A DNA stretch of 63,785 nt, the filler included, from Reclinomonas americana ATCC 50394 (Eukaryota), in the NCBI GenBank assembly GCA_048213135.1. It is 7 parts of 3 records of this genome, joined end to end, with 100 filler letters (N's around TTAATTAATTAA, not from the genome) between each part and the next. Parts side by side here need not be neighbours in the genome. Positions count along the whole stretch, not along the records: positions 46,730 to 56,021 come from PS015032.1; positions 56,122 to 61,439 come from PS015034.1; positions 61,540 to 63,785 come from PS015034.1; 4 more parts are not named here. One strand, written 5' to 3'. The number at the start of each line of letters is the position of its first letter. Position 1 is the stretch's first letter. The notes under the pieces were generated by a model. It was given only the letters and a program-made list of their open reading frames with translations, was not told where the DNA came from and did no database searches. This document shows positions 53,160-63,785 of the stretch, piece by piece. The translations under genes were made by a program, and so were the position numbers.

Positions 53160-54563
53160 NNNNNNNNNNNNNNNNNNNNGCACGTCGGCGATTCCGGGGG
53201 CCGCCGGCAGCTCCGCCAGTGGGGCCAGTTTGGAGGAGTCGTATCGGTGAGCCAGCCAGGGGGAGAGTGAGGGAAGAGCGCGGACGGTCTTTCCCTGCTT
53301 GCACTCTACAAATATGATGTTATTTCTCTCCATTGCTCTCGTGTGCTCTATCTCTCTCTCACACACGTACTCACTCACTTTCCACCTCTCCGTGTCTCGT
53401 TCCTTCCCATCTTGTTGCCGCTCTCACTCACCTGTTGTCATATTTCTCGCGTATATCACTATGGCACCTCTCGTTTCCTCACTCGCTTTCTCTCTCTCTC
53501 TCTCTCGTTCGTTCCCATCATTTTCTCCCAGTCTTTGTGTCCCTCTTTCTCTCTTTCTCTCATTCGCTTTCTGTCTCGTTCCTTCTTATCTCGTTTCCCT
53601 TCTCGCCGGCCCCGTTGTCCTTGATCTCACGGGCCCCTCACTCACTCTCACCTCTCGTTTCCTCACTCAGTTTCTGTCTGTCTCGTTCATTCCCATCTGG
53701 TTTCTCGCTGCCTCATCCGTCTCTTTCTCTCTTTCTCCCACTCACTTTATTTCTCGTTCCTTCTCATCTCGTTTCCCTTTTTGCCCGTCCCGTTATCCTT
53801 GATCTCACGGCCCCTCACACACCTCTCGGTTCGTCACGCTATCTCTATGTCTCTCTTCCATTCTGTCCTTCTCCCTCTCTCATTCGCTCTCTGCCTCTCT
53901 GTCTCGTTTCTTCTCATCTCGTTTCCCTTGTCGCCAGCCTTGTTATCCTTGATCTCACGGGTCCCTCACGCACTCTCACCTCTCGTTTCCTCACTCACAT
54001 TCTGTCTGTCTCGTTCCTTCCCGTCTTGTTTCTCTCTTTCTCTTCCTTCTCCATCTCCCCTCTCCGTCTAATCTTCTCAGTCTCTTGCTATCTCTTTGTC
54101 TCATTCACTTCCATCTTGTTGCACTCCATCTCTTCACTCTCCGACTCTCCGTCTCCCCGACTCTTCTTCTTCTCGTTTCCTCTCCCGCTCGCGCCAGCAT
54201 ACTCTCCGAACTGTTTTTTCATTCCCATCTTCATTTCTCTCTCCCATACATTCTCTCTCCTTTACTTCTTGTTTTTTCTCCTTCTTCCCTTAACTCTATC
54301 CCCCTTCTCCCTCCACCCTTTCCTCACTACCCTTCCCCCATTGCAGCAATGCCTACGCCCAACACCTCCAACAACAACAACAACAACAGCAACAACTCAT
54401 CCTCCAAGCCATGACCGACGTGCGTCCCCCCTTCCCCTTTTACTCCCCTTCCTCCATCCCTCCCTCCCCCTCACCCTTTCCCTTACGTAGGGTCGCATCC
54501 CCCGCGGCCCCAGCAGCGAACGCCAACCCGTCCCCAGCCCCCTCGCCCTCAACGTCCCCATGG
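52489..54563 (+). CDS. 5' exons of a Pro/His/Gln-rich protein starting MGACCRK (predicted myristoylation plus palmitoylation)
   Basis: ATG GGC GCT TGC TGC, a long proline-rich frame, GTGAGG donor at ~52986 and a further exon at ~54492; interrupted by gaps. Confidence 0.6.
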
Positions 54564-54583
54564 NNNNNNNNNNNNNNNNNNNN

Positions 54584-55225
54584 GCCTGACCCTGCCGACC
54601 GCGCCCACTCACCATCAGCCACTCGACAATTCTCATTCTAGTTGACACGGGTTGTGTGGCCCGAGAGACCTCCACAAGCGCCGGTGTTAGTCGGCGTTGA
54701 TCTTGCTGCTGCTGTTGCTGCTGTTGCGATTGCTGCTGTTGTTGCTGCAGCTGCAGCTGCTGTTGTTGTGGTGCTGCATGAACATTTGCTGCTGCTGATG
54801 CTGTTGCATCATGTGGAACTGGTGGTGGGGTGACGGCTGCTTGTGAGACGAATGCTGCTGCTGCTGTAGCTGCTGTTGCTGCAACGCATAGTACTGATGC
54901 TGCTCGTTGATTTCGGGGGAGAACGCCGAGGCCAGGTCGGCGACGGCGCGAGGCGGGGAGACGGATCGCGCGTCGGCCTCGGACGCCTGTCGCGACGCCG
55001 ACGACATGGAGGCCACGGCGGCGGAGACGCGCGGCAGCGGCAGTCGGGCCGAGCCGATGGACGAGGTGTGGCGTGGCGAGTGCTTCCACGGCGGGGGCGG
55101 CACTTGGGAGTGTGAGTAGCTGCGCGGGGGGCCGTTTTGCATGCCGCCGCCGCCGGGGGGCATGCCAAAGCCGCCGTAGAGCATGGGTTGGAGGCTGTCG
55201 TCGGAGTGGTGGTGTGGGTGCATGG
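54584..55225 (-). CDS. Gln/His/Pro-rich exon on a small contig, possibly mis-oriented and part of the flanking plus-strand gene
   Basis: Open, protein-like minus frame (HPHHHSDDSLQPMLYGGFGMPP...QQQQ) bounded by gaps and similar in composition to 52489-52985. Confidence 0.5.
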
Positions 55226-56121
55226 NNNNNNNNNNNNNNNNNNNNNNNNNNNNNNNNNNNNNNNNNNNNNNNNNNNNNNNNNNNNNNNNNNNNNNNNNNN
55301 NNNNNNNNNNNNNNNNNNNNNNNNNNNNNNNNNNNNNNNNNNNNNNNNNNNNNNNNNNNNNNNNNNNNNNNNNNNNNNNNNNNNNNNNNNNNNNNNNNNN
55401 NNNNNNNNNNNNNNNNNNNNNNNNNNNNNNNNNNNNNNNNNNNNNNNNNNNNNNNNNNNNNNNNNATTGCTCTTTGTTATCTTCGTTTTCTTGTCTTCCT
55501 CTTTCTTTTTGTTTCCTTTCTTCTTCTTTTATCTCTGTCTCGCGCTGCGGTCTCTTCCTCTTTCTTCCTCTCTCTGCCTCTTTCTTCTTCTCTTCCTCAT
55601 CTTCCCTTTATCTCTGTCTCGCGCTTTCTTCTCGTCATCATTGTTTTTATCTTCGATCATTGTCTTCTTTGTTTCTTCTCTTCTCCCTTATCTCTCTGTC
55701 TCGCGCTGTAGTCTCTCTCTTCTTTCTTCCACTCTTCCTCTTCTTCTCGTCCTCTTCCTCGAACATCGTCTTTGTTTCCTCTCTGTTTTATATCTCTCTC
55801 TCTCTCTCGCTGTCTTCCTCTTTCTTCCTCTCTTCCTCTTCTTCTCGTCCTCTTCCTCGAACATCGTCTGCTTTGTTTCCTCTCTCTTTTATCTCTCTCG
55901 CTGTCTTTCTCTTTCTTCCTCTCTTCCTCTTCTTCTCGTCCTCTTCCTCGATCATCGTCCTCTTTGTTTCCTCTCTTCTTTTATCTTTCCCTCTCTCTCT
56001 CTCTCGCTGTCTTCCTCTTTCNNNNNNNNNNNNNNNNNNNNNNNNNNNNNNNNNNNNNNNNNNNNTTAATTAATTAANNNNNNNNNNNNNNNNNNNNNNN
56101 NNNNNNNNNNNNNNNNNNNNN

Positions 56122-57065
56122 AAAGCCAACACTCGGATTTGGTGGAAGTTGCGTTGGTTGATGTTTGCAGGTTAATTGGTGTTTGTGCTGATTGTATGTC
56201 TGTGGGATTGTTGTCGCACAGAGCTCGGGATGGCTGGTGAGTCGCGTGTAAAGAGGACTGTCAGTGTGCTGTGCGTCTGACGAGGACTTGTGTAGCATCA
56301 GCGCCGCCCACAGCAGTACCAGCAGTCGCACCAGCTCCGGAAGCAGGAAGTGCTGCCGCTGCCACGCCGCCAGCGGCGGCACCGAAGCCAGCATTCGGAT
56401 TTGGTGGAAGTTGCGTTGATTAATATGTGCAAGTTGTCAGTTGTTTTGTGCTGACATGTCTGCGGCGTTGGTGTTGTGCAGAGCTTGGTATGGCAGGTGA
56501 GTCGCGTGTAAAGAGGACTGTCTCTGTGCTGTTTTTCTGACTTGGTATTGTGTAGCATCTGCACCACCAGCATCAGCACCTGCACCTGCTTCGGCACCAG
56601 AAGTAGGTACTGCTGCCGCTGCCACGCCGCCAGCAGCGGCACCGAAACCGGCATTCGGGTTTGGTGGAAGTTGCGCTGGTTGATATGTGCAGATTGCTTT
56701 GATTTGTGCTGACATGTCTGCGGCGTTGGTGTTGTGCAGAGCTCGGGATGGCAGGTGAGTCGAGTGCGTGTGTGTGTGATGGTCTCTGTGCAGTGTGTCT
56801 GACTTTGATTTCAGCATCTGCAACATCAGCGGCAGCACCAGCGGCAGCATCCGAGGCAGGAAGTGCGGCTGCTGCCACTCCTCCTGCAGCGGCACCGAAG
56901 CCAGCTTTCGGGTTTGGTGGAAGTTGCGTTGGTTGATGTTCGCAGGTCTGATTGGTGCTTGTGCTGATTGTATGTCGCCGTTGTTGTCGTGTAGAGCTCG
57001 GGATGGCAGGTGAGTTGGACATATGTGTGACTGTCACTGTGCTGTGCGTCTGAGGACTTGTGTAG
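56122..57065 (+). repeat. Four tandem ~260-nt units: exon, GTTGCG intron, 15-nt microexon, GTGAGT intron
   Basis: Microexons at 56222-56236, 56482-56496, 56740-56754 and 56995-57009; larger exons at 56296-56409, 56556-56669 and 56815-56922; all junctions phase 1. Confidence 0.9.
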
Positions 57066-59107
57066 CACCTGCGGCTGTTCCAACGCCGGCGGTTGTTACT
57101 CCGGAAGCCGTTCCAGCCCCGGCCGCCCCTGCACCTGGTGATGCTTCGGCAATCGCCCCTCCATCGCGACCGCCACTGATGCGGACAAAGACGTCGGCGG
57201 CTGCGTTGCCTGCGGCTGCTGGCCTCGGCTCGCAAATGCCCGCACCCCCACCTGTGCAGCAGATCGCTCCTCCTCCGTTGGCTCGCGGATCGAGTGGAAT
57301 GGACGCCTCTCGACTGGGTACACAACGTAAGTGATTTCAGTGTCACGTGGTATGTGCACACTTCGCCTTACATGCTGCCGCAGGTGATTTGAGCGCACTG
57401 GCTGCTACCTTTCAACGCAAGCAGTCCGTACCGCAGTCTGCTGAGACTCCTCCACCAGAGGCGCCAGCCCAACCACCTGCATCATCGAGCCAGGAGCCAG
57501 TTGCAGCACCTCAACCGTCGTCGCCGCAGTCTGCCGTCGTGCCACCGGCGGCCCCTTCTGTGAACCGTTCATTCTCCGCGAACAACCCCTTTGGTGCGTG
57601 TGTGTGCACGCGAGAATCCGTGTGTGCACTCTCCCGAATAACAGCTGTTTGTCAGGGTCCATTGGTGCCGTCCCGCTGATGAAAAAATCGCCGCCGAAAG
57701 TCGCGCCCGTCAGCTTGGTGCCAGATGGTACGAGTCTGTAGAGTGTGCGCAAAGCCCCTCTCGTTTCTGTGCTCCTGATGCGAAGAGTATCCGGCGCAGA
57801 TGACACAAGCTCGAACACCGATTCTGCGAGCTCGCCGGATTCGCCTTCGTCACAAGAACCAGCGCCGGTCGATACCGCCACTCCAGCGCTGCCGCCAGTG
57901 ACGACCGTTCCTGCCGTTGCAACCCCTGCCGCCGTGCCAGTNNNNNNNNNNNNNNNNNNNNNNNNNNNNNNNNNNNNNNNNNNNNNNNNNNNNNNNNNNN
58001 NNNNNNNNNNNNNNNNNNNNNNNNNNNNNNNNNNNNNNNNNNNNNNNNNNNNNNNNNNNNNNNNNNNNNNNNNNNNNNNNNNNNNNNNNNNNNNNNNNNN
58101 NNNNNNNNNNNNNNNNNNNNNNNNNNNNNNNNNNNNNNNNNNNNNNNNNNNNNNNNNNNNNNNNNNNNNNNNNNNNNNNNNNNNNNNNNNNNNNNNNNNN
58201 NNNNNNNNNNNNNNNNNNNNNNNNNNNNNNNNNNNNNNNNNNNNNNNNNNNNNNNNNNNNNNNNNNNNNNNNNNNNNNNNNNNNNNNNNNNNNNNNNNNN
58301 NNNNNNNNNNNNNNNNNNNNNNNNNNNNNNNNNNNNNNNNNNNNNNNNNNNNNNNNNNNNNNNNNNNNNNNNNNNNNNNNNNNNNNNNNNNNNNNNNNNN
58401 NNNNNNNNNNNNNNNNNNNNNNNNNNNNNNNNNNNNNNNNNNNNNNNNNNNNNNNNNNNNNNNNNNNNNNNNNNNNNNNNNNNNNNNNNNNNNNNNNNNN
58501 NNNNNNNNNNNNNNNNNNNNNNNNNNNNNNNNNNNNNNNNNNNNNNNNNNNNNNNNNNNNNNNNNNNNNNNNNNNNNNNNNNNNNNNNNNNNNNNNNNNN
58601 NNNNNNNNNNNNNNNNNNNNNNNNNNNNNNNNNNNNNNNNNNNNNNNNNNNNNNNNNNNNNNNNNNNNNNNNNNNNNNNNNNNNNNNNNNNNNNNNNNNN
58701 NNNNNNNNNNNNNNNNNNNNNNNNNNNNNNNNNNNNNNNNNNNNNNNNNNNNNNNNNNNNNNNNNNNNNNNNNNNNNNNNNNNNNNNNNNNNNNNNNNNN
58801 NNNNNNNNNNNNNNNNNNNNNNNNNNNNNNNNNNNNNNNNNNNNNNNNNNNNNNNNNNNNNNNNNNNNNNNNNNNNNNNNNNNNNNNNNNNNNNNNNNNN
58901 NNNNNNNNNNNNNNNNNNNNGCCGTCGCCCTCAGTTCTTGTGCCACCCGTGTCGGCCGGTGCCAGTCGTTGCGTGGTTCTCGACGCACTCGTGAGTTCGT
59001 GATTTTGTTGTCTCAACTGCGAGCTGTTTCAGTGCTACCGGCGCCAGTTGTGCCGCCGAGGGGTGCGTGGAGCTTTGTTTGGCTATTTTCTGTTGCCAAA
59101 GCTCACG

Positions 59108-59150
<43 letters not shown>

Positions 59151-61381
59151 NNNNNNNNNNNNNNNNNNNNNNNNNNNNNNNNNNNNNNNNNNNNNNNNNN
59201 NNNNNNNNNNNNNNNNNNNNNNNNNNNNNNNNNNNNNNNNNNNNNNNNNNNNNNNNNNNNNNNNNNNNNNNNNNNNNNNNNNNNNNNNNNNNNNNNNNNN
59301 NNNNNNNNNNNNNNNNNNNNNNNNNNNNNNNNNNNNNNNNNNNNNNNNNNNNNNNNNNNNNNNNNNNNNNNNNNNNNNNNNNNNNNNNNNNNNNNNNNNN
59401 NNNNNNNNNNNNNNNNNNNNNNNNNNNNNNNNNNNNNNNNNNNNNNNNNNNNNNNNNNNNNNNNNNNNNNNNNNNNNNNNNNNNNNNNNNNNNNNNNNNN
59501 NNNNNNNNNNNNNNNNNNNNNNNNNNNNNNNNNNNNNNNNNNNNNNNNNNNNNNNNNNNNNNNNNNNNNNNNNNNNNNNNNNNNNNNNNNNNNNNNNNNN
59601 NNNNNNNNNNNNNNNNNNNNNNNNNNNNNNNNNNNNNNNNNNNNNNNNNNNNNNNNNNNNNNNNNNNNNNNNNNNNNNNNNNNNNNNNNNNNNNNNNNNN
59701 NNNNNNNNNNNNNNNNNNNNNNNNNNNNNNNNNNNNNNNNNNNNNNNNNNNNNNNNNNNNNNNNTTCCGTGTCGCGCGCAGCTCCGGCCGATATGGCTCA
59801 ACTGCAAGGTCTGTCGAGGAACGATTTGTCGTCTCGCTCTGCGTGTCCACTGTTGACGTGACGATTTTTGCAGTCGATCTCGAGGAGGAATGGTCTACTG
59901 AGAATGACGAAGAAGAAGAAGAAGACCTGGGACAGAGTGGACATCAGCGCGGCGAGGAGGGTGACGATGAAGGCGATGACGAAAACAGTCGAGATCGTGA
60001 GACGGGACCACGAGGTCGGTTTGGCCGGTCACAGAATAGGTATTCTTGTGCTGTTGCTGACAGTGCACGACAGCTCCCGGAATCGGCCCGCGAACTCCAG
60101 AAGCTTTCAAGAGTGGCAAATCCTTTGTTGAAATCATGCGTGGTTGGTCACATCGTCTCGTGAATCTCTGCTTCGTCTTATGACCACTGCTCATGTTCTC
60201 GTGAATTTGCAGAGAAAAAGGAAAAGGAACGAGCGGCTGCTGATGTGCCGTTTGGCGGCGCCACTGCCAACAAATTCCTCAGTCAGGAACGAGCGTCGTC
60301 TGCCGCAGCCATCTTTGGTGCGCTTCGTCGATGCTGATGTTGTTGCGAAATGCCACCTGGCTTACTTGCCTGTTGATGTATGTGTAGGCAGCATAGCCGT
60401 GGGGCCGGTCGCAAAACCTGTCGGGAAGCCACCAGCGCCATTGAGTGCGGCACCGGCTGTTGCACCGCCAGCTGCTGCCAAACCGTTTGCGAGCAAGCCG
60501 AATCCTTTTGGCGCAAAAGCCACGCCTGTCCCGGCGACAGCGAATCCGTTTGCCAAGTCTGGCACCGCTTCAGCAACTGCGAATGCCGCCGCGCCTGTGA
60601 ATCCGTTCGCCAAGGCGGCGAAAGCATCAGCGCCGGCATCAACGACGACTTCCGTCACGACTCCGCCTGCAGTGTCGAATCCATCTTTGGCTTCGGCGCC
60701 AATAACCCAATCAACGACAAGGGCAATGCCGTTGATGACGACGAATCCGTTTGCTCAACCGGCCTCGGCGCCATCGGCAGGTCCAGCAGTCGCTGCAAAT
60801 CCATTCGGAAAGTCATCGTCCACAGCTACGGTCGCATCGGTGAATCCGTTTACTCAGGCGCCTAGCCTGGTCTCGGCTGCCGGTGCTGGACCGAGTCCGG
60901 TCGCAGACTCGGGCCAACCACCCTCCTCAGCTGCTGCTGCGGGCTGGGTTATGGCCCCGCAACCGACGGGACCTGTCTTTCGCCGTCCTTCTCGTGAGTG
61001 GCGTCGGCGAATTGTGTGCAGTTTATTCGTAATGTCTCATCCCGTTGGCGCGTCACAGGCGATGCGTGGACCGAGGTGCCGCAGTCTGCACCTGCTGGTG
61101 TGTTCCGCGCTCGCATGTCTACGTTTGGGCGATCTCGATGACTCACAGCTTTCTGGCACAGACACGTGGGAACCGCCACCGCCGACCGCTGACCTCGACG
61201 ACGAAGAGGACGTGCACTATGCTGTGCTGGACCCACCGGAGAACCTTGTGCTGCGAAATATCTGCGGAGATGGGGAGTGGGCTAGTTTCTCGCCCGAAGA
61301 AGCCCGTCTGGCGGACTATATAGCCTACCCCGACGACTACGCCCCTCTATCTGATGGTGACGACTATGATGACGATGACGA

Positions 61382-61420
<39 letters not shown>

Positions 61421-61713
61421 AGATGATGAGAGCAGCACANNNNNNNNNNNNNNNNNNNNNNNNNNNNNNNNNNNNNNNNNNNNTTAATTAATTAANNNNN
61501 NNNNNNNNNNNNNNNNNNNNNNNNNNNNNNNNNNNNNNNGACGATGATGATGACGATGACGAGGAGGGCAGCACTGATGACGATGCCGCAGACGATGACA
61601 GTGGCCGCGCATCGGAGGCAGCAAGCAGTGGAGAAGGGGGTCAACATAGATCAGATGCAGCGACTACTGGTGGCCAGGCGGAGTATCTGCCGCCGCTGGA
61701 AGACCTGCTGTAA
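56122..61713 (+). CDS. Large disordered Ala/Pro-rich protein with KPAFGFGGKLGMA repeats, about 7 NPF motifs and an acidic C-terminus (partial, gapped)
   Basis: Exons 56122-57941 splice in phase. NPF occurs once near 57585 and six times in 60390-60860. A poly-Asp tract ends ...EYLPPLEDLL* at 61713. Continuity across gaps is inferred. Confidence 0.65.
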
Positions 61714-61740
61714 AACATAATGCGCGCAATCACTCTACAT

Positions 61741-62863
61741 TTATAATACCTCGGCAGCCTCGCGCAACGACAACTGTGCGACGGCGCGCTCCGCAAACTC
61801 CTCTAGTGCGTCGGGCAGCGCACTCCCAAAGATCGCATCTGCCTCCTGCTCCCGCAGCGCCTTGTAGCGCTGCTCCACGTGCTGACGCTCCTCACGCAAC
61901 GACGCTTCCACACCGTCTTCGAGAGCCAGCAACTGCAGCACCGAGCCCGTGTACAACAGCACTCGTCGCAGCCAGTCGCGATGCTGCGAGGCGGTGAAGG
62001 CTGCGTCCGCGGCGTGCAAGCATCGGAGGGCGCGGTGCAGATCACCACCATCGTTGGATTGCACCAGGGCGATCTCGGAGCGCGCCGAGAAAAAGTGCAA
62101 TCGACCAGTGCGGAAGGCGCCGCCGTCCAACACAATGTGCGGCGCCACGTCACCCAGTAATTGGAGAGCGTCTCGCGCCGCACCCAGTTCGACCTTGATG
62201 TGTGCCATGTGCAGCGCGCAGTCCAGCCGTAACCGCTCCAGCTTNNNNNNNNNNNNNNNNNNNNNNNNNNNNNNNNNNNNNNNNNNNNNNNNNNNNNNNN
62301 NNNNNNNNNNNNNNNNNNNNNNNNNNNNNNNNNNNNNNNNNNNNNNNNNNNNNNNNNNNNNNNNNNNNNNNNNNNNNNNNNNNNNNNNNNNNNNNNNNNN
62401 NNNNNNNNNNNNNNNNNNNNNNNNNNNNNNNNNNNNNNNNNNNNNNNNNNNNNNNNNNNNNNNNNNNNNNNNNNNNNNNNNNNNNNNNNNNNNNNNNNNN
62501 NNNNNNNNNNNNNNNNNNNNNNNNNNNNNNNNNNNNNNNNNNNNNNNNNNNNNNNNNNNNNNNNNNNNNNNNNNNNNNNNNNNNNNNNNNNNNNNNNNNN
62601 NNNNNNNNNNNNNNNNNNNNNNNNNNNNNNNNNNNNNNNNNNNNNNNNNNNNNNNNNNNNNNNNNNNNNNNNNNNNNNNNNNNNNNNNNNNNNNNNNNNN
62701 NNNNNNNNNNNNNNNNNNNNNNNNNNNNNNNNNNNNNNNNNNNNNNNNNNNNNNNNNNNNNNNNNNNNNNNNNNNNNNNNNNNNNNNNNNNNNNNNNGAA
62801 AGCCACACACTTTTCGGTGGTGCTCGTCAGCTTGATCAGTGCCGTCTCAAAATCGCGACTTGC
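61741..62863 (-). CDS. APC5 (anaphase-promoting complex subunit 5)-like C-terminal TPR region; continues upstream
   Basis: LHMAHIKVELGAARDALQLLGDVAPHIVLDGGAFRTGRLHFFSARS...LHRALRCLHAADAAF...LRRVLLY resembles the APC5 C-terminus as recalled; interrupted by a gap. Confidence 0.55.
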
Positions 62864-63785
62864 CTGCGGTGGGAGAGGGGTCGGGGAGGGTGAGGGTGAG
62901 GGAGAGGGAGCGAGAGGGACAGGGAAAGAGAGGGGGAGAGAGGGCGAAAGGGGGAGGGAGAGGGAGGAAGGGGGAGGGAGAGGGAGAGGGGGGAGGGGGA
63001 GGGTGAGGGTGAGGGTGAGGGAGAGGGAGAGGGAGAGGGAGAGGGAGAGGGAGTGGGAGAGGGAGATAGAGGGAAAGGGAGAGAGGGCAAGAAGGAGAGG
63101 GGAAGAGGGGGAGGGCGGGGGAGAAAGGGAGAGGAGGGAGAGCGCCTGTTCTTTCCACTTCTCTTCTATTCTCGCCACTCTCATCTCTTCTCTTCTTGTG
63201 TCTTCTCGTTTCTTCCGTTCTCCTCACTTCCGTTTCATCTCATCTTCTCTCCTCTTCTCTTCTCTTCTTTGCCTTCAATCCTTTTGTCTCATCCCTTCTC
63301 TTCTGTTCTCATCTCGTCTTTTCTTCTCTCATCTCATCTTTCCTTCTGCTCTCTTCACCTCTCCTCTCCTCACTGCTCTTATCCACTCTCGTCTCGTGTC
63401 TGACCTCTCTTCCCTTCTCTTTTCTTCTCTACTCTTCTCATCACTCCTGTTCCCATCTCCTCCGTTCTCATCTCATCTTCTCCAATCCTCTGTTTTCATT
63501 TCGTCTCTTCTATCCTATCCTCTCCTCTTCTCTTCTCTTCTTTGCCTTCAATCCTTTTGTCTCATCCCTTCTCTTCTGTTCTCATCTCGTCTTTTCTTCT
63601 TTCATCTCATCTTTCCATATGTTCTCTTCACCTCTCCTCTCCCCCCTTCTCTTCTCCTGTCTTCCCTTTTCTTCTCTCTCCTCTCTTCCGCTGTGGCTAC
63701 GTAGAAGGCCAAAGGAGGAATGATGGCAACATATGAGCAACAGAGGCATAAGGTAGAGAGGGATGCAGGTGTACACACACAAACT

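Noticed and set aside
53299-54490. Long Ser/Leu/Phe-rich ORFs (also 55466-56021 and 63150-63720)
   Set aside because: Pyrimidine-rich intronic low-complexity DNA with local duplications; stop codons are absent for compositional reasons.

Overview
Gene-dense, intron-rich genomic DNA from a eukaryote, most likely a protist (not identifiable from sequence alone). It is a gapped draft scaffold with long N runs, six artificial N44-TTAATTAATTAA-N44 linkers and at least one mis-oriented contig. Introns are mostly 55-90 nt GT-AG, and longer ones are filled with (CT)n, (CA)n or (CAA)n. About 17 genes could be spliced by hand. Minus-strand block: a paralog pair (one ending in a GT31 galactosyltransferase domain), a pseudo-USP/Rab-GTPase fusion and an Ssn6/Cyc8-like TPR corepressor. 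Plus-strand block: RRP1/Nop52-like, ORC1, NUP35, GNL1 and a PITAIRE CDK. These are followed by a 7-repeat WD40 gene, adenosine kinase, a plant/bacterial-type glutaminyl cyclase, a SUN-domain protein, two CBM48/coiled-coil paralogs, a large FG/NPF-repeat protein and an APC5-like gene. The most notable observations are: (1) a catalytically dead USP domain fused to a prenylatable Rab GTPase; (2) a common class of register-shifted 5' splice sites (GTTGCG/GTTGAG) used mostly when the exon does not end in G; (3) a homeodomain-like module at the ORC1 N-terminus; (4) a tandemly amplified exon/intron/15-nt microexon cassette; (5) a triplicated RRP1-ORC1 junction that creates chimeric uORFs. All family calls come from motif recognition by eye; no searches were run, and exon boundaries are predictions.
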